A stretch of 63,888 nucleotides of DNA, filler included, from Octopus bimaculoides (lineage: Eukaryota): assembly GCF_001194135.2 (NCBI RefSeq). It is 4 parts of 4 records of this genome, joined end to end, with 100 filler letters (N's around TTAATTAATTAA, not from the genome) between each part and the next. Parts side by side here need not be neighbours in the genome. Positions count along the whole stretch, not along the records: positions 1 to 23,641 come from NC_068998.1; 3 more parts are not named here. One strand, written 5' to 3'. The position numbers and the translations under genes are program-made. This document shows positions 1 to 12,677 of this stretch, piece after piece. A model generated the notes under the pieces. That model made no database searches. It was not told the DNA's origin and was given only the letters and a program-made list of their open reading frames with translations. Each line of letters opens with the position of its first letter. Position 1 is the stretch's first letter.

Positions 1-66
1 TCTCTCTCTCTGTTTCTCTCTCTCTGTTTCTCTCTCTCTGTTTCTCTCTCTCACTCTTTCTCTCTC

Positions 67-119
<53 letters not shown>

Positions 120-146
120 ATATATACACACACACACACACATATA
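1..146. repeat. (TC)n/(TA)n/(CA)n microsatellite
   Basis: Direct dinucleotide runs at window start. Confidence 0.95.
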
Positions 147-873
147 TACACCATTAAAGTGAAAGTATCTGTCATTACAGTATCGAAATGTGATTGTTTC
201 AGTTAGTGGAATAGTTTCATTTTTAAAGTGAAAGTATTTGACATGAGTGTTTTTGTTTCACTTTTGACACGTAATACTTAAATAGTGGGAGATATTATGT
301 TGCTGTGGACTTGAACTATGCAAGAAGTTAAATTTTTTTTGACTAAAACACAACCGGGACCCTAAGTAAGGCATGTGTAAAATTTGAATGAAATTGGTTG
401 TGTAGTTCTCGAGTTTTAGGGAAACACACACACACACACACAGACAGACAGACAGACACACATTCTCATTTTTATATATATAGATAAACGGTCTAGCTGA
501 GATGATCTGTGCTGTTCCGACAATATCTAAGATGATGAAACTCAACTGGATCAAATTTTGATCATTCATTTATTTTACCTAACAGTAACTGGCCTGACAG
601 TGTGTTTTAGATATTACACATAGGTGGTGGTCTTAAAGATCAGTGGGCAGCTTACATTTAGCTGAGCTCACATGTAGATCCTACAAAGTCATGGTACTAC
701 CCTTGTTTCTGACTAACTTGTATAACATGCATGTGCAAGATTGCAACCGCATGGGTGAAAAGCTAAAAGAGTAAAAGAGTAAGTGTGTGTGATTATGCCA
801 CAAAATAGCTGCACAAACAAGAAGGAAGAATAAGATTGTTTATTATGCATTGAAGAGTTTTATCTTATTTGTT

Positions 874-1065
874 CATCATTATCATCATCTTTGTTTAATG
901 TTCAACTTCTATGCATGCACAGGTAGGATGGTTGACAGGAGCTGGCCAAGTAGAAAAATTACCCTAGGCTACTGTCTGTTTTGGCAGGGATTTTATGGCT
1001 GGATGCCCTTCCTAACACCAACCACTCCACAGTAGACTCAGTACTTTTTATGTGGCACTAGCACA
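874..1065 (-). mobile_element. Old RTE-3'-tail-related repeat copy
   Basis: Contains ctggatgcccttcctaacaccaaccactcc, also seen in the RTE 3' ends at ~9350 and ~15920, with an (ATC)n tail remnant at 874-889. Confidence 0.55.
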
Positions 1066-2272
1066 TGTAAAGTTAGTTTTGGTATGATTTTTACAGCTGG
1101 CTTCCCTTCCAAACACCAACCATGTTACAGTGTGGACTGGAAGCTTTTAACATGTCACCAGCATTGGCAGGGTAAGCAGGTAACTTCCAAGACAAGGAGT
1201 TATGAGAAATGCAGGACATTTGAAGAGGGGAACTTGTGTCAGAGGATGAAAGGTTAGAGTGTGACAAAGAGACAGAAATAAAAGCAAGTGTCTTGTCACA
1301 ACAGAGGTGATCCAGTATCAAATGAAAGGTAACATGGAAATTTTGCTGTTTCCTACTCTCTCTCTCTCTCTCTTCTCACTTGAGGCAGAAATATTCTCAC
1401 TAAAACACTAAAACCAATTTTTATGCATGTTACATAATTATAAAATTCTTGCTTGAGGCAGAAATAAGTGTCTTACTATAGAAGAAGTACATGGTTACCC
1501 ATTGAGAAAGAGAGAGAGAGAGAGTTACAAGAAAGAGGCCAGAAACAAGTGTGCTGATGTAAAGGTGATACTTGGTTACCTAGTCAGACGAAAAACAAGA
1601 GGAGAGAGAGTAACCAAAGGGAAAGAGAGAGAGAGTAGGAAACAGCAAAAGTGTAAGAGAGAGCAGAAGAGAGATGGTGTAGTGCTAGGATTTACTCACA
1701 AATAACAAGAATATGAGTGTAGAACTTGGTTAGAAAAATAGGGTGGGGCTGTAGGGAAAAGCAATACAGTGAGCACGGCAGTGAGGGCAAGACAGGGGAG
1801 TGAAAAACAATCATAATTTATGAAGAAATGTGAGGAAGAGAAAGATGCAGTTAGAAGAGGAGTTATAGTTCAATTTCTTAGGGTAGAATGGGTGAAAAGT
1901 GTGTTGTTACATGTGGGTTGGACATAACTCTTCTAGCACTCAGTTCCATGGACAAGTCTTCTCTAGGACCTCATATCGCCTAACATCTCAGTCCACTGTC
2001 ATTTCCTCCATCATTTCACCTTTTTCTGGGTTTCATGTTTCTCAGCTATACTTATAGATAGCTGAAGCTTCCCCAATATGCTTGTCCTGAAAACCATTGA
2101 TTATCACATTGGTGTTACTTAAGGACTAAATTCTCACTTGACTTTTTTTGCTTCTCTTCATTTGTGTTTATTCTGCTTCATTTCTTTTGTTTGACATGCA
2201 CTTTGAGCACATCTTGTGTCTTTGACAACACTAGCCCTTCATTATATCTGACTATCTGCCCCTCTTCACTAG

Positions 2273-2428
2273 CCTATCACAGATGATGATGTAGACAGAA
2301 TTGCTGTTTGTCTCCGTGTTTTGGCTGAGAAAACTGAACTGATGAGTGAAATCTTCAATCAGAAATGTCGTGGATCTCTTTCTGTGATGCTGGCAGCAAA
2401 AGTGGAAGAAGAAAAAGTCCAGGTGAAG
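2273..2428 (+). CDS. COPB1: Coatomer subunit beta (beta-COP), internal exon, phase 0-0
   Basis: Pyrimidine tract + AG at 2271-2272 and GT at 2429. Translates [52 protein letters not shown], matching my recollection of beta-[20 protein letters not shown]...IFNKECRQSLSHMLSAKLEEEK. Confidence 0.92.
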
Positions 2429-2723
2429 GTATGATAAACTTATCTTGCTTCCATTTTCATAATTTCTTTTGTCTTTTAAAATTTCTCTTTCTATTATTTC
2501 CTTTTACTCTTTCTTTCTTCAATATATTTGATAAACAATCGGTTGTGAATGAATACTAAATACCAAATCAGTCAAGAATGTGTCACTCAGTAAGAGCTAG
2601 AGGAATTCAGTGACAAAAGACAATCTGGAAAACAAAAGTATGGAAGCTGACAGTATTAGCTGAATTTTTATAAAATTTAAACAGTAATAAAGACAATTTA
2701 TATTGGAACACTACCTCATTTAA

Positions 2724-5202
2724 CCCTTTCGTTACTATATTTCTGACCAAAATACACCCCTCGTGAGTTTCAATTAAATTCTAAAATAATCATGAATTTA
2801 GACTAGTCTCATTAAACACCTGTAACTTTTTTATTTATCAACATATTAATGTGATATTTGGAACATAATTGAAGAAAGGGTTCTTAATCAATTCTATTGC
2901 ATAATTTTTGTCTCAAAGTGACTCTAATTACAGGTAAATTAAAATAAAAAGTAAAACTAAGTAAATTTGAAAAATATTTATACAATCTAATTATACATAT
3001 ATACAAAAAATATTCACACAATATTTCTACCATGGAAAGTTGTAAAANNNNNNNNNNAACTAGAAACATGAATACAACTAAATGAAATATACTCACACAC
3101 ATACATAAATACACAGGGACATATATAATAAAGATTTACAATAGAAATTAAATCAAAACTTGTCACTCACCTTACAAATAAATTAAAATCACAGGTTAAT
3201 TAAAATTACAGGTAAATTAAAATAAAAAGTAAAACTAAGTAAATTTGAAAAATATTTATACAATCTAATTATACATATATACAAAAAATATTCACACAAT
3301 ATTTCTACCATGGAAAGTTGTAAAACATCCCACTCTACATACTGCAACCTTGCAGAATGCACATTGGAAAGATGTTTCAACTGGCTGTCCACTGGGAGTT
3401 TTTCTTTGTTGATTTAGACATTCACGGCACTGCCTTTTGCGACCCCCAATTTTTTCTAATTTATGTAGATCAGCTGAACTCAGAGGGATATCTCTCTGGC
3501 AGGCTTTGCTTTTCCTTCCTGCAGTTATTTTTTTGGAGGAATAACCTGCCCTCAACTGCATTGCAACATCTGCTCGGAACTGCAGATGATCACACCGCTT
3601 GCGAACCCCCCCTGATTTGGTATATGATATGAATGCATTTACAATGCTCATGTTTACAATATACCAAACCAGGTATCGCCACCATTTATTACCTGGTCTA
3701 CCAACCGGATAATAACTCATCATCTGGTTCAGCTGATCAGCACCACCCATGTACCTGTAATAATCAAGTTTCACATATGGGGTGCCATTTTCATTTACAC
3801 ATGGTTGTGCACTGGTAGATAGAAAATTTATCTGCCTCTTATCTCTGTATGCGGTCGCTAGCAGATTTCCTTTCTGCTGTGGGATTATTTCACCTCTTTT
3901 TTTTATATTTAACAGCAGCCCTTTTCTACTAGCCATTACTGTAGCACATGTATACGTTTCTACAGCTTCTAAATCCACCGCAAGTTTGGCTTAACTAAAG
4001 AATCGGTCAAAAAATAATATATGGCCCTGGTTATGGTATGGACGTGATAAATTCCAGACCACATCGTACCCTAGGCCATGCTGACTAACATTATAATCTC
4101 TTTTCCCTGCATAAAAGCTAAATCCACAGCAGTACCCAGTATTTGCTTCACAAATTTTCCAAACTTTGATCCCCCATTTTGTGGCCTTTCCTGGCATATA
4201 CTGTCGGAAGTGTACTCTTCCTTTATACCCCACCATGCCCTCATCGACGGATAAGTATCTCTCAGGTTTGTAAAATGTTTTATATGCATTTTGAACATAG
4301 TCGATGAGGGGGTCTTATTTTAAATAAGGGATCACAGCTTGGTTCTCCACATACTGGGGTACTGCTAGTGTCTCTCACATGTAAATATTGGTTCAGCTTC
4401 ACGAATCGTATTCACGTCATAATACTGGAAACATATTCATCATGGAAAGGTTCCTGATTGCTCCAGTAATTTGTTATTCTGGGTAACTGTCTAATACCTA
4501 CAATAATATTTATGGCAAAAAATGCCCGTATTTCATCTACGGTTGTGGGAAACCACAAGCTATCTTTTTTTCTGGCTTGTTTACATTCTGCGTAACGATT
4601 TGTTTCTGCAGTAATCATATCAAACAAGCATGCTGGAAAAAATAAGAAAAAGAAGTCTAATGGTTTCGCTTCCTGAGAAAGACTATGGGTAGACCCTGTC
4701 TCCTCAGAAAAATTGTTAATAAAGATATTTAAAAAATTTTTACTCCATTCTGGTGTAAAATCATCCTCGCTGTTGATGTTGCCGTCGCTGCTTTCAGTTT
4801 CGGATACAGAAATATCTGATTTATTTTCATTCACCATGTGCTTTTGTAGCTCATTCATTCTTTTCTTCGATATCTCCATATCTTCTGTTGAAAATCCTTC
4901 AAATTCGGAATCATTGCTTGATAGCATGAAACTCCTCTTCATCTTCAAAGTTGAAACAAATTGATACCACAAAAAATGTGGAAAAAAATCTTCCAAAATT
5001 CACTGAGTTCAAATATTATGCCAAACAATGTCGGATATAATAACTCAACTGTTTGCAAAGGGAAATCACGTGTTTTCACGAATGTACTAACGCGATTTGG
5101 GTTCAAATTTACATTTAAATAACAATGGGTACTCTCAGCCGGGTTGGTCTTATGAACCAAAAGATTTTTCAGCCGGCTATGGCCAGGTTAGTAATGAAAG
5201 GG
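2724..5202 (-). mobile_element. piggyBac DNA transposon, full length but defective
   Basis: TIRs CCCTTTCGTTACTA (2724-2737) and TAGTAATGAAAGGG (5189-5202) match at 13/14. TTAA target duplications at 2720-2723 and 5203-5206. Transposase remnants lie inside. Confidence 0.93.
3292..4927 (-). pseudogene. piggyBac transposase pseudogene
   Basis: Pieces show acidic N-terminus, SVDEGMVGYKGR..RQYMP.K..KWGIKVW, FFDRFFS, MGGADQLNQM and a C-terminal Cys-rich domain CRECLN...QCAFCKVAVCRVGCF. Broken by frameshifts near 4412 and 4300 and a stop at 3991-3993. Confidence 0.9.
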
Positions 5203-5299
5203 TTAAAAAGTTACCAAAAATTTAGTATGTAATTTCAAATCCTATGGAAGATGGAAAATAATTTCTTTCATTGTGTTGGGTTAGAAATAGCTCTAATGA

Positions 5300-6235
5300 T
5301 TTAATTATTATTAATGTTGCTTAATGTATGCATTTTGTTTAAATGCTTTTTGGCTGCAGTTTCTCATCCCAGGAAAGACCTTTTAAAATGTATACTTCAA
5401 AACCAGCTGAAACAAACTGTTCTGTAGGTGAACGAGAATCATGGATATTGATATTTTGCTGTTATTTCAGCTCATCAGTACCATGTACTCAAGTTGCCTA
5501 TGAAACAAATTGAAATCACTGATCTGAGGTATATATAGTGTAAAATCTATCTGTTAATGTGCAGTAGCACCACACAAGCAAAACGATAACGCCAATAATG
5601 TTTACATTATTAGAGCTGCTTCTAACGCTGTATTTTGTTTTGATTGTGCCTTGCGGTTGTAGATTTCATGCTATCTGTACATACCTCAGCCTAGCAATTT
5701 GAATTAAGTTCAAGGGTGATTCAAGTATACAGTAAAGTTTAAGTTAAATATGAATATCAACCATTCTTGTTGACCTGCAGGGTGATTTGTTGCACCTGGT
5801 TTTGAGGTGTACAGTGTTTTCAACACTATGTCTTAAAAGAACTTTTCTGGAACAAAATACTGAAAAGCATGTAAGCAGAACACATACATAAAGTATGTGC
5901 ATCAATAATGTTTATGTTATCAGTGCTGCTTCTATCTAAAATTTAATTTTGTTTTATTTGTGCATTACTGTTGCACATCAGCAGAGAGATTTTATTCTAT
6001 CTGAATATACCTCAGATCAGCAATTTGAATTTGTTTCAAGAGTGTCTCAAGTATACAGTGCTGATGAGCTGAAATAACAGCTCATCTGTCTTTCTCATTC
6101 ACCTGATTTGTTTCAACTAGTTTTCACGTATGCAGTATTTTCCAACACTGCATCTTAAAATCACTTTCCCCAGACAAAGTGTCACAGCTAAAAGTGTTTA
6201 AGCAAAACACATACATTAAGTAGGTGACATCAATA
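5300..6235. repeat. Three diverged ~310-330-bp units (one inverted, two tandem) carrying CTGATGAGCTGAAATAACAGC
   Basis: Unit starts caataatgttta at 5593 and 5903, and caataa at 6231. The reverse complement of ~5300-5590 aligns to the 5903-6235 unit (tacctcagatcag, ctgatgagctgaaataacagc, catacattaag). Confidence 0.7.
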
Positions 6236-7497
6236 AAATCATTTCATTATTTCATGTGTAAATTTGTTTATATGTCTGAAATATTCAGGTATTATGCTCT
6301 GTGAATTGAATTCACTTTTATAAAATTTGAAATGTATTCAAACAGTAGAAAAATTAAGTTATTCTCTTACCTGCTTCGGCTTGCAAGCTGTGGGCATGCT
6401 ATGGGACCACTGTTATAGGATATAAAACTTGAATGTTTCAGAAATATAAACAAATCTAAATGTGAAACAATGAAAGAACAAATTATTTTCTATCTTTTGT
6501 ACTAACCATGTACTAACTTTCTCAGGATATGATATCAAATGTGGAAATTTAATAATAGCAGTATTCCAAATATATGCTGTCACTCTGTCTGTCTGTCTCT
6601 CTCTCTCTAACTACACCTATGTAATATTTTGTGTGTAAGTGAATGAGGGATGGAGTTTACCACGAAGTAACTGGTAATGCAAACAAAATACAACAGTACA
6701 GCAAATTACTCGTACAATGTGGCATTCATACTGCAAGGTGCTACTGTACTTGTATATCTGTGATGTAGGTATTAATGCATATGGTATATGTATTTTGTAT
6801 CTATATATGTACCTGATATCAATAATATGAAGTTGAGTTATATATGTATAGGTACATGTTTTTGTATATGATATCGCCTATGTCTCTTTCTCTCTATATA
6901 TATCTAGTATATATAAATCACAGTACGTGTGTATATATTGACTAACACATACATTTCTACAATTCTCAACTGATTTTCCCCAAACTTTACACACACATTA
7001 CTTATGTCCCAAGGATGGTCATGCACTATAACATTTTGCCCAGAGCTCCTGCGTAAATGGGCAAACCAGGAAAACGGTGGTTTACACGGTTTTTCTCTCT
7101 AATTCATTGAATGTACATAGTTTTTTTGTATGTAGAGTCTTCCATACTGTTTAAATCTTTCTACTCATACATTGGCATTAGAGAATATTTTTTAGTGGTT
7201 TTCACATTTTTTTGATTTATTATTTATTTTTATGTTGTAATTGTGTATTATTACTTTCTATATTTTTTTTATGTGTGTATTGGTGTGTATTTTGTGTTTG
7301 AGTGTTTTGGTTAGAGAATATTATAAAAGTGAAAAGATTTTGTCTATTTCAACTGTTTTCCATACTTTTTAAATCTAAATGGTCATGTATTTGCATTACA
7401 GAATACTCTTTAGTTTTCACATTTTTTTGATTAATTATTTGTCAAGCTTTTCATGTCTTCATTTACCAGAGTGCCAGGGACTCTTTCCCATCCCAGT

Positions 7498-7990
7498 TAT
7501 GAAAAAACTGGACATTTTAATGTCGTGTGAAAGAAAGAAAGTTGTGAATCTAGTTGAATTAACGGTTCCTCATGAAGAAAGCATGGATGCTGCTTGGGCT
7601 CAAAAGATTGACCGTTATGTAAACCTCCTTGAGAATGTGAAGACGCAGGCTGGAAAGCAGAGCATTTTCCAATTGAAGTCAGATGTAGAGGGTTTGTTGG
7701 ATACAGTGTGAGATGACTGTTGATATTGTTAGGCCTAACTCATCATAAAGTAAATACCATCATGACTGAACTACAGTGGAAAAGGCCAGCCACTGGATTT
7801 GGTTAAAAAGTGATGATGAGCGATGGCTTCATATCAATAGGGGAGGGTGTACGTTGATGCCGTCAAGAGGTAGGCACCAAAACAGCGTGCATTCTCCCCT
7901 GATGACCCCATACACTTGCTGGCTTCCAGTATGCGGAGTTCTCAACTGGTAGCACTTGCATGTGCAAGTTCCTTGCAAAACATCAAGCTC
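7498..7990 (+). mobile_element. HERO-like (RLE-clade) non-LTR retrotransposon 3' fragment
   Basis: KKLDILM..KKVVNLVELTVPHEE..KIDRY, then frameshifted GWKAEHFPIEVRCRGFVG and EKASHWIWLK. This is a restriction-like endonuclease C-terminus. Confidence 0.75.
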
Positions 7991-8270
7991 TTCATGTCTT
8001 CATTTTTCAATACCTGAAGTCAGTTTCAGAGCGGTCGTACACTGTAAGTATGTAGCAAATACATTACTTTAAAACTATTTTTTCAAGTAGGTATTATATT
8101 GCCTCACTGTGAACTGCTAAAGATTCAATGCAGTATTCATGAACTGAAGTCAAACTCTTCATGTCTTCGTTTTTCATTACCTGAAGTTAATTTCAGAGTG
8201 GTTGTACACTGTAAGCATGTGGCAAATACATTCCTTTAACTCTACTTTTTCAAGTAGGTATTATATTGAC
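7985..8270. repeat. Two-copy tandem duplication, period ~168 bp
   Basis: ctcttcatgtcttc...ttcagag(c/t)ggt(c/t)gtacactgtaag...ttcaagtaggtattatattg occurs at ~7988-8101 and ~8155-8269. Confidence 0.75.
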
Positions 8271-8783
8271 ATTTTGGAACATATTAGTCATACTTCTCTC
8301 TGAAAAAATAACCCCCTTTGCTGTTGAATAAAATAAACTCGCAGAGTAGAAAAGTTTCAACGTCTTCCTTCAATTTCTTAACACCATTTATGTGGCTGCT
8401 TTTGACAAGAAATTTCGCTTTCATGTAAAACAGCTATATTTTGTAGTCATTATCCGTGATCTACTCTCAAAACACTTTAGTAGCTCTACTTTGCATCGCT
8501 TGCAAACGTATATGTTCTATGATCATTAAAGTGCAACGACCACCACAATAACCATCCTTCAATTTGGTTTTCCATTCCTAGGCCAATCGGAAACATAGAT
8601 TACTGTGCTACTCATAAACCTTCTTGGTAGTTCAATTATTTGGTGAAAAAAATACCACCAAAGCAACTTAAACCGTCCAAAGGAAGGGTGCGTTTGCTAG
8701 TGTATATATATATATATTTATATATATATGATTTGATTTGATCTAGTTTCAGGTCATGAGCTGTGACCATGCTGGGGCACTGC

Positions 8784-8828
<45 letters not shown>

Positions 8829-9247
8829 TTCTATATATGTATATATATATATATTTCTCTATATATATGTATATATATATATATGTATATATATGTATAT
8901 NNNNNNNNNNNNNNNNNNNNNNNNNNNNNNNNNNNNNNNNNNNNNNNNNNNNNNNNNNNNNNNNNNNNNNNNNNNNNNNNNNNNNNNNNNNNNNNNNNNN
9001 NNNNNNNNNNNNNNNNNNNNNNNNNNNNNNNNNNNNNNNNNNNNNNNNNNNNNNNNNNNNNNNNNNNNNNNNNNNNNNNNNNNNNNNNNNNNNNNNNNNN
9101 NNNNNNNNNNNNNNNNNNNNNNNNNNNNNNNNNNNNNNNNNNNNNNNNNNNNNNNNNNNNNNNNNNNNNNNNNNNNNNNNNNNNNNNNNNNNNNNNNNNN
9201 NNNNNNNNNNNNNNNNNNNNNNNNNNNNNNNNNNNNNNNNNNNNNNN

Positions 9248-11430
9248 TAATGTCCGCTTTCCATGCTAGCATGGGTTGGACGATTTGACTGAGGACTGGT
9301 GAACCGGATGGCTACACTAGGCTCCAATCTTTTTTGGCAGTTTCTACAGCTGGATGCCCTTCCTAACGCCAACCACTCCGAGAGTGTAGTGGGTGCTTTT
9401 ACGTGCCACCGGCACGAAGGCCAGTCCAGCGGCACTGGCAACGATCTCACTCGAATGTCTTTACACATGCCACCGGCACAAGTGCCAGGAAGGCGACGCT
9501 GGGCACAGGTGCCTTCAAGATTTCACTTTCGCTTGCTCCAACAGGTCTTCACAACCTGAGTTTCGTGTCCAATGAAAAAGACGACGTTGGCATGGGTGCC
9601 AATTGTCGAATTTAGTTCAATTTCGATTCCGATTTCACTTGCCTCAACATGTCTTCGCAAGTGGAGTTTTGTGTCCAATGAAGGAAGGTACGCATAAGTG
9701 GGCTGGCTACAATCCTGGCAGAGGCCTTGGATTTAGGTCTCACTTGGCTTGCCGGGTCTTCTCACGCACAGCGTATTTCCAAAGGTCTCGGTCAGAAGTC
9801 NNNNNNNNNNNNNNNNNNNNNNNNNNNNNNNNNNNNNNNNNNNNNNNNNNNNNNNNNNNNNNNNNNNNNNNNNNNNNNNNNNNNNNNNNNNNNNNNNNNN
9901 NNNNNNNNNNNNNNNNNNNNNNNNNNNNNNNNNNNNNNNNNNNNNNNNNNNNNNNNNNNNNNNNNNNNNNNNNNNNNNNNNNNNNNNNNNNNNNNNNNNN
10001 NNNNNNNNNNNNNNNNNNNNNNNNNNNNNNNNNNNNNNNNNNNNNNNNNNNNNNNNNNNNNNNNNNNNNNNNNNNNNNNNNNNNNNNNNNNNNNNNNNNN
10101 NNNNNNNNNNNNNNNNNNNNNNNNNNNNNNNNNNNNNNNNNNNNNNNNNNNNNNNNNNNNNNNNNNNNNNNNNNNNNNNNNNNNNNNNNNNNNNNNNNNN
10201 NNNNNNNNNNNNNNNNNNNNNNNNNNNNNNNNNNNNNNNNNNNNNNNNNNNNNNNNNNNNNNNNNNNNNNNNNNNNNNNNNNNNNNNNNNNNNNNNNNNN
10301 NNNNNNNNNNNNNNNNNNNNNNNNNNNNNNNNNNNNNNNNNNNNNNNNNNNNNNNNNNNNNNNNNNNNNNNNNNNNNNNNNNNNNNNNNNNNNNNNNNNN
10401 NNNNNNNNNNNNNNNNNNNNNNNNNNNNNNNNNNNNNNNNNNNNNNNNNNNNNNNNNNNNNNNNNNNNNNNNNNNNNNNNNNNNNNNNNNNNNNNNNNNN
10501 NNNNNNNNNNNNNNNNNNNNNNNNNNNNNNNNNNNNNNNNNNNNNNNNNNNNNNNNNNNNNNNNNNNNNNNNNCTATGATAAATAGGAGGGGGCTGAGGA
10601 CATAAACTTGGACTCCTACTTCTACCCTGAATTCTTCACTGTACTCATTTCCAACCCTCACCTTACTGACAGCGTCCCTGTACATGTCTCGCACAGCTCT
10701 CACTAACCATTCTTCTATCCCCAGTTTCCTCATTGATCACCAGATTATGGATCGGGGGACCCTGTCAAAGGCTTTCTCCATGTCGATGAAAGCCAGGTAC
10801 AGAGGTTTATCCTTGGCTAGGTATTTCTCCTGAAGCTGTCTTACCAGAAATATAGCATGAGTGGTGCTTTTCCCAGACACGACCCCAAACTGCATCTCAT
10901 CTAAACTGACTTGCTCCCTAATTAGTTGGGCTATGACCCTCTCCGTGACTTTCATTACCTGATCTAGCAACTTGATGCCTCTGTAATTATTTGTATCTAA
11001 AGCGTCACCTTTACCTTTGTAGCAGTTGACAATGGTGCTGCTACACCAGTCATTAGGTATGACTCCTTCGTGTATCACATGGTTAACAATACAGTTGACT
11101 AGGCTATAACTGACACTGCCAGATATTTTGAGCATCTCTGCAGTGATTCCTGATGGGCCGGGGACTTTCCCTGTCTTCATACTCTTAATTGCTTTATCTA
11201 CCATGGTACTGTCAACTTGGATAGCTGGTCCCTCTTTTGGGTCAACATTCGGCAGACTCTCTTTCTCCCATTCATTCTCTTTATTGAGCAATCTTTCGTA
11301 GTGACATCTCCAAATCTCTTTCTTTGCAGCCTCGTTTAGTGTAAGCGTACCATCATCCATGCGAACACATTTCTCTCTGACGACATCATGATACTCTCTC
11401 ATACACTGTCTTGCAACACAAAATACTTCA
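9248..11430 (-). mobile_element. RTE-clade LINE sequence (RT region plus 3' UTR) spanning an N gap
   Basis: ORF 10737-11648 has NYRGIKLLDQVMKV..QFG..GKSTTHAIFLVRQLQEKYL..AFIDMEKAFDRVP, and the next frame has VLSPLLFII. 9248-9800 is the reverse complement of the 3' end seen at 12205-12655. Confidence 0.9.
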
Positions 11431-11442
11431 AATTTATATAAA

Positions 11443-12677
11443 AGACAAACCCCTTCAGGTAGATGGCCCTGCTTGATCTGTAGAAAAGGCATAGGTAGAA
11501 ACTCTATAAGATGTACCCAGTGCAAGCTATGGACACATAAGAGGTGCAGCAATATCAAAGGAAGGTTAACTAGGAAGTTAGTTTTTGTATGTGGCAGATG
11601 TTCAGGAGCAATAAACACTGAAAATGTGCAGAAAACAACTTCTGCCACATTCCTGGGAGAAAAACTAGATGTAGTTGATAGCTTCCGTTATCTATGTGAC
11701 TAAGTTAGTATTGGGGGAGGGTGCACTGAAAGTGTAGCTGCTAGAATAAGAATAGCCTGGGCAAAGTTCAAAGAGCTCTTACCTCTGCTGGTGACAAAGG
11801 GCCTCTCACTCAGAGTAAAAAGCAGACTGTATGACGCATGTGTACGAACAGCCATGCTACATGGCAGTGAAACATGGGCCGTGACTGCTGAGGACATGCG
11901 TAAGCTTGCACAAAATGAAGCCAGTATGCTCCGATGGATGTGTAATGTCAGTGTGCATACTCGACAGTGTAAGTACCTTGAGAGAAAAGTTGAACCTAAG
12001 AAGCATCAGTTGTGGTGTGCAAGAGAGATGATTGTGCTGGTATGGTCATGTGGCGAGAATGGATGAGGATAGCTGTGTGAAAAAGTGTCACACCCTAGCG
12101 GTTGAGGGAACCCGTGGAAGAGGTAGACCCAGGAAGACCCAGGAAGACCTGGGATGAGGTGGTGAGGCACGATCTCCGAACATTAGGACTCACCGAGGCA
12201 ATGACTTCTGACCAAGACCTTTGGAAATATGCTGTGCATGAGAAGACCTGGCAAGCCAAGTGAGACCAAAATCCAAGGCCTCTGCTAGGGATGTAGCCAG
12301 GCCACTTATGCGTACCTTCCTTCATTGGACACTAAACTCGGCTTGTGAAGACATGTTGGGGCAAGCGAAAGCGAAATCGTGATGGCACCTGTACCAGTGG
12401 AGTGCTAAGAGCACCGTTTGAGTGTGATTGTTGCCAGAGCAGCTGTCTGGCTTCCATGCTGGTGGCACGTAAATAGCACCATTTTAGCGTGATCATTACC
12501 AGCACCCACTACAGTCTCGGAGTGGTTGTCGTTAGGAAGAGCATCCAGCTGTAGAAACTCTGCCAAATCAGATTGGAGCCCGGTATAGCCATCTGGTTCA
12601 CCAGTCCTCAGTCAAATCGTGCAACCAATGCTGGCATGGAAAGCAGACTTTGTATGATGATGATGATGATGATGATG
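11443..12677 (+). mobile_element. RTE-clade LINE 3' part with (GAT)n tail
   Basis: WPC.ICRKG.GRNSIRCTQCKLWTHKRC, VDSFRYL, KSRLYDACVRTAMLHGSETW, then 3' UTR ending gatgatgatgat at 12656-12677. Confidence 0.9.

Noticed and set aside
2926-3325. Identical ~122-bp block at 2926-3047 and 3204-3325 inside the piggyBac
   Set aside because: The copies are exact and flank a 10-N gap, which is typical of an unmerged contig overlap.
8017-8050. Possible 14-nt microexon (ttcag..gtaagt), duplicated near 8200
   Set aside because: It would frameshift COPB1, the two flanking exons already join contiguously, and it lies within a tandem repeat.
8749-10605. Long ORFs of X with YI/CV repeats (also at 29118, 33615, 51048, 52248, 58781)
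   Set aside because: Artefacts of N gaps and microsatellites lacking stop codons.
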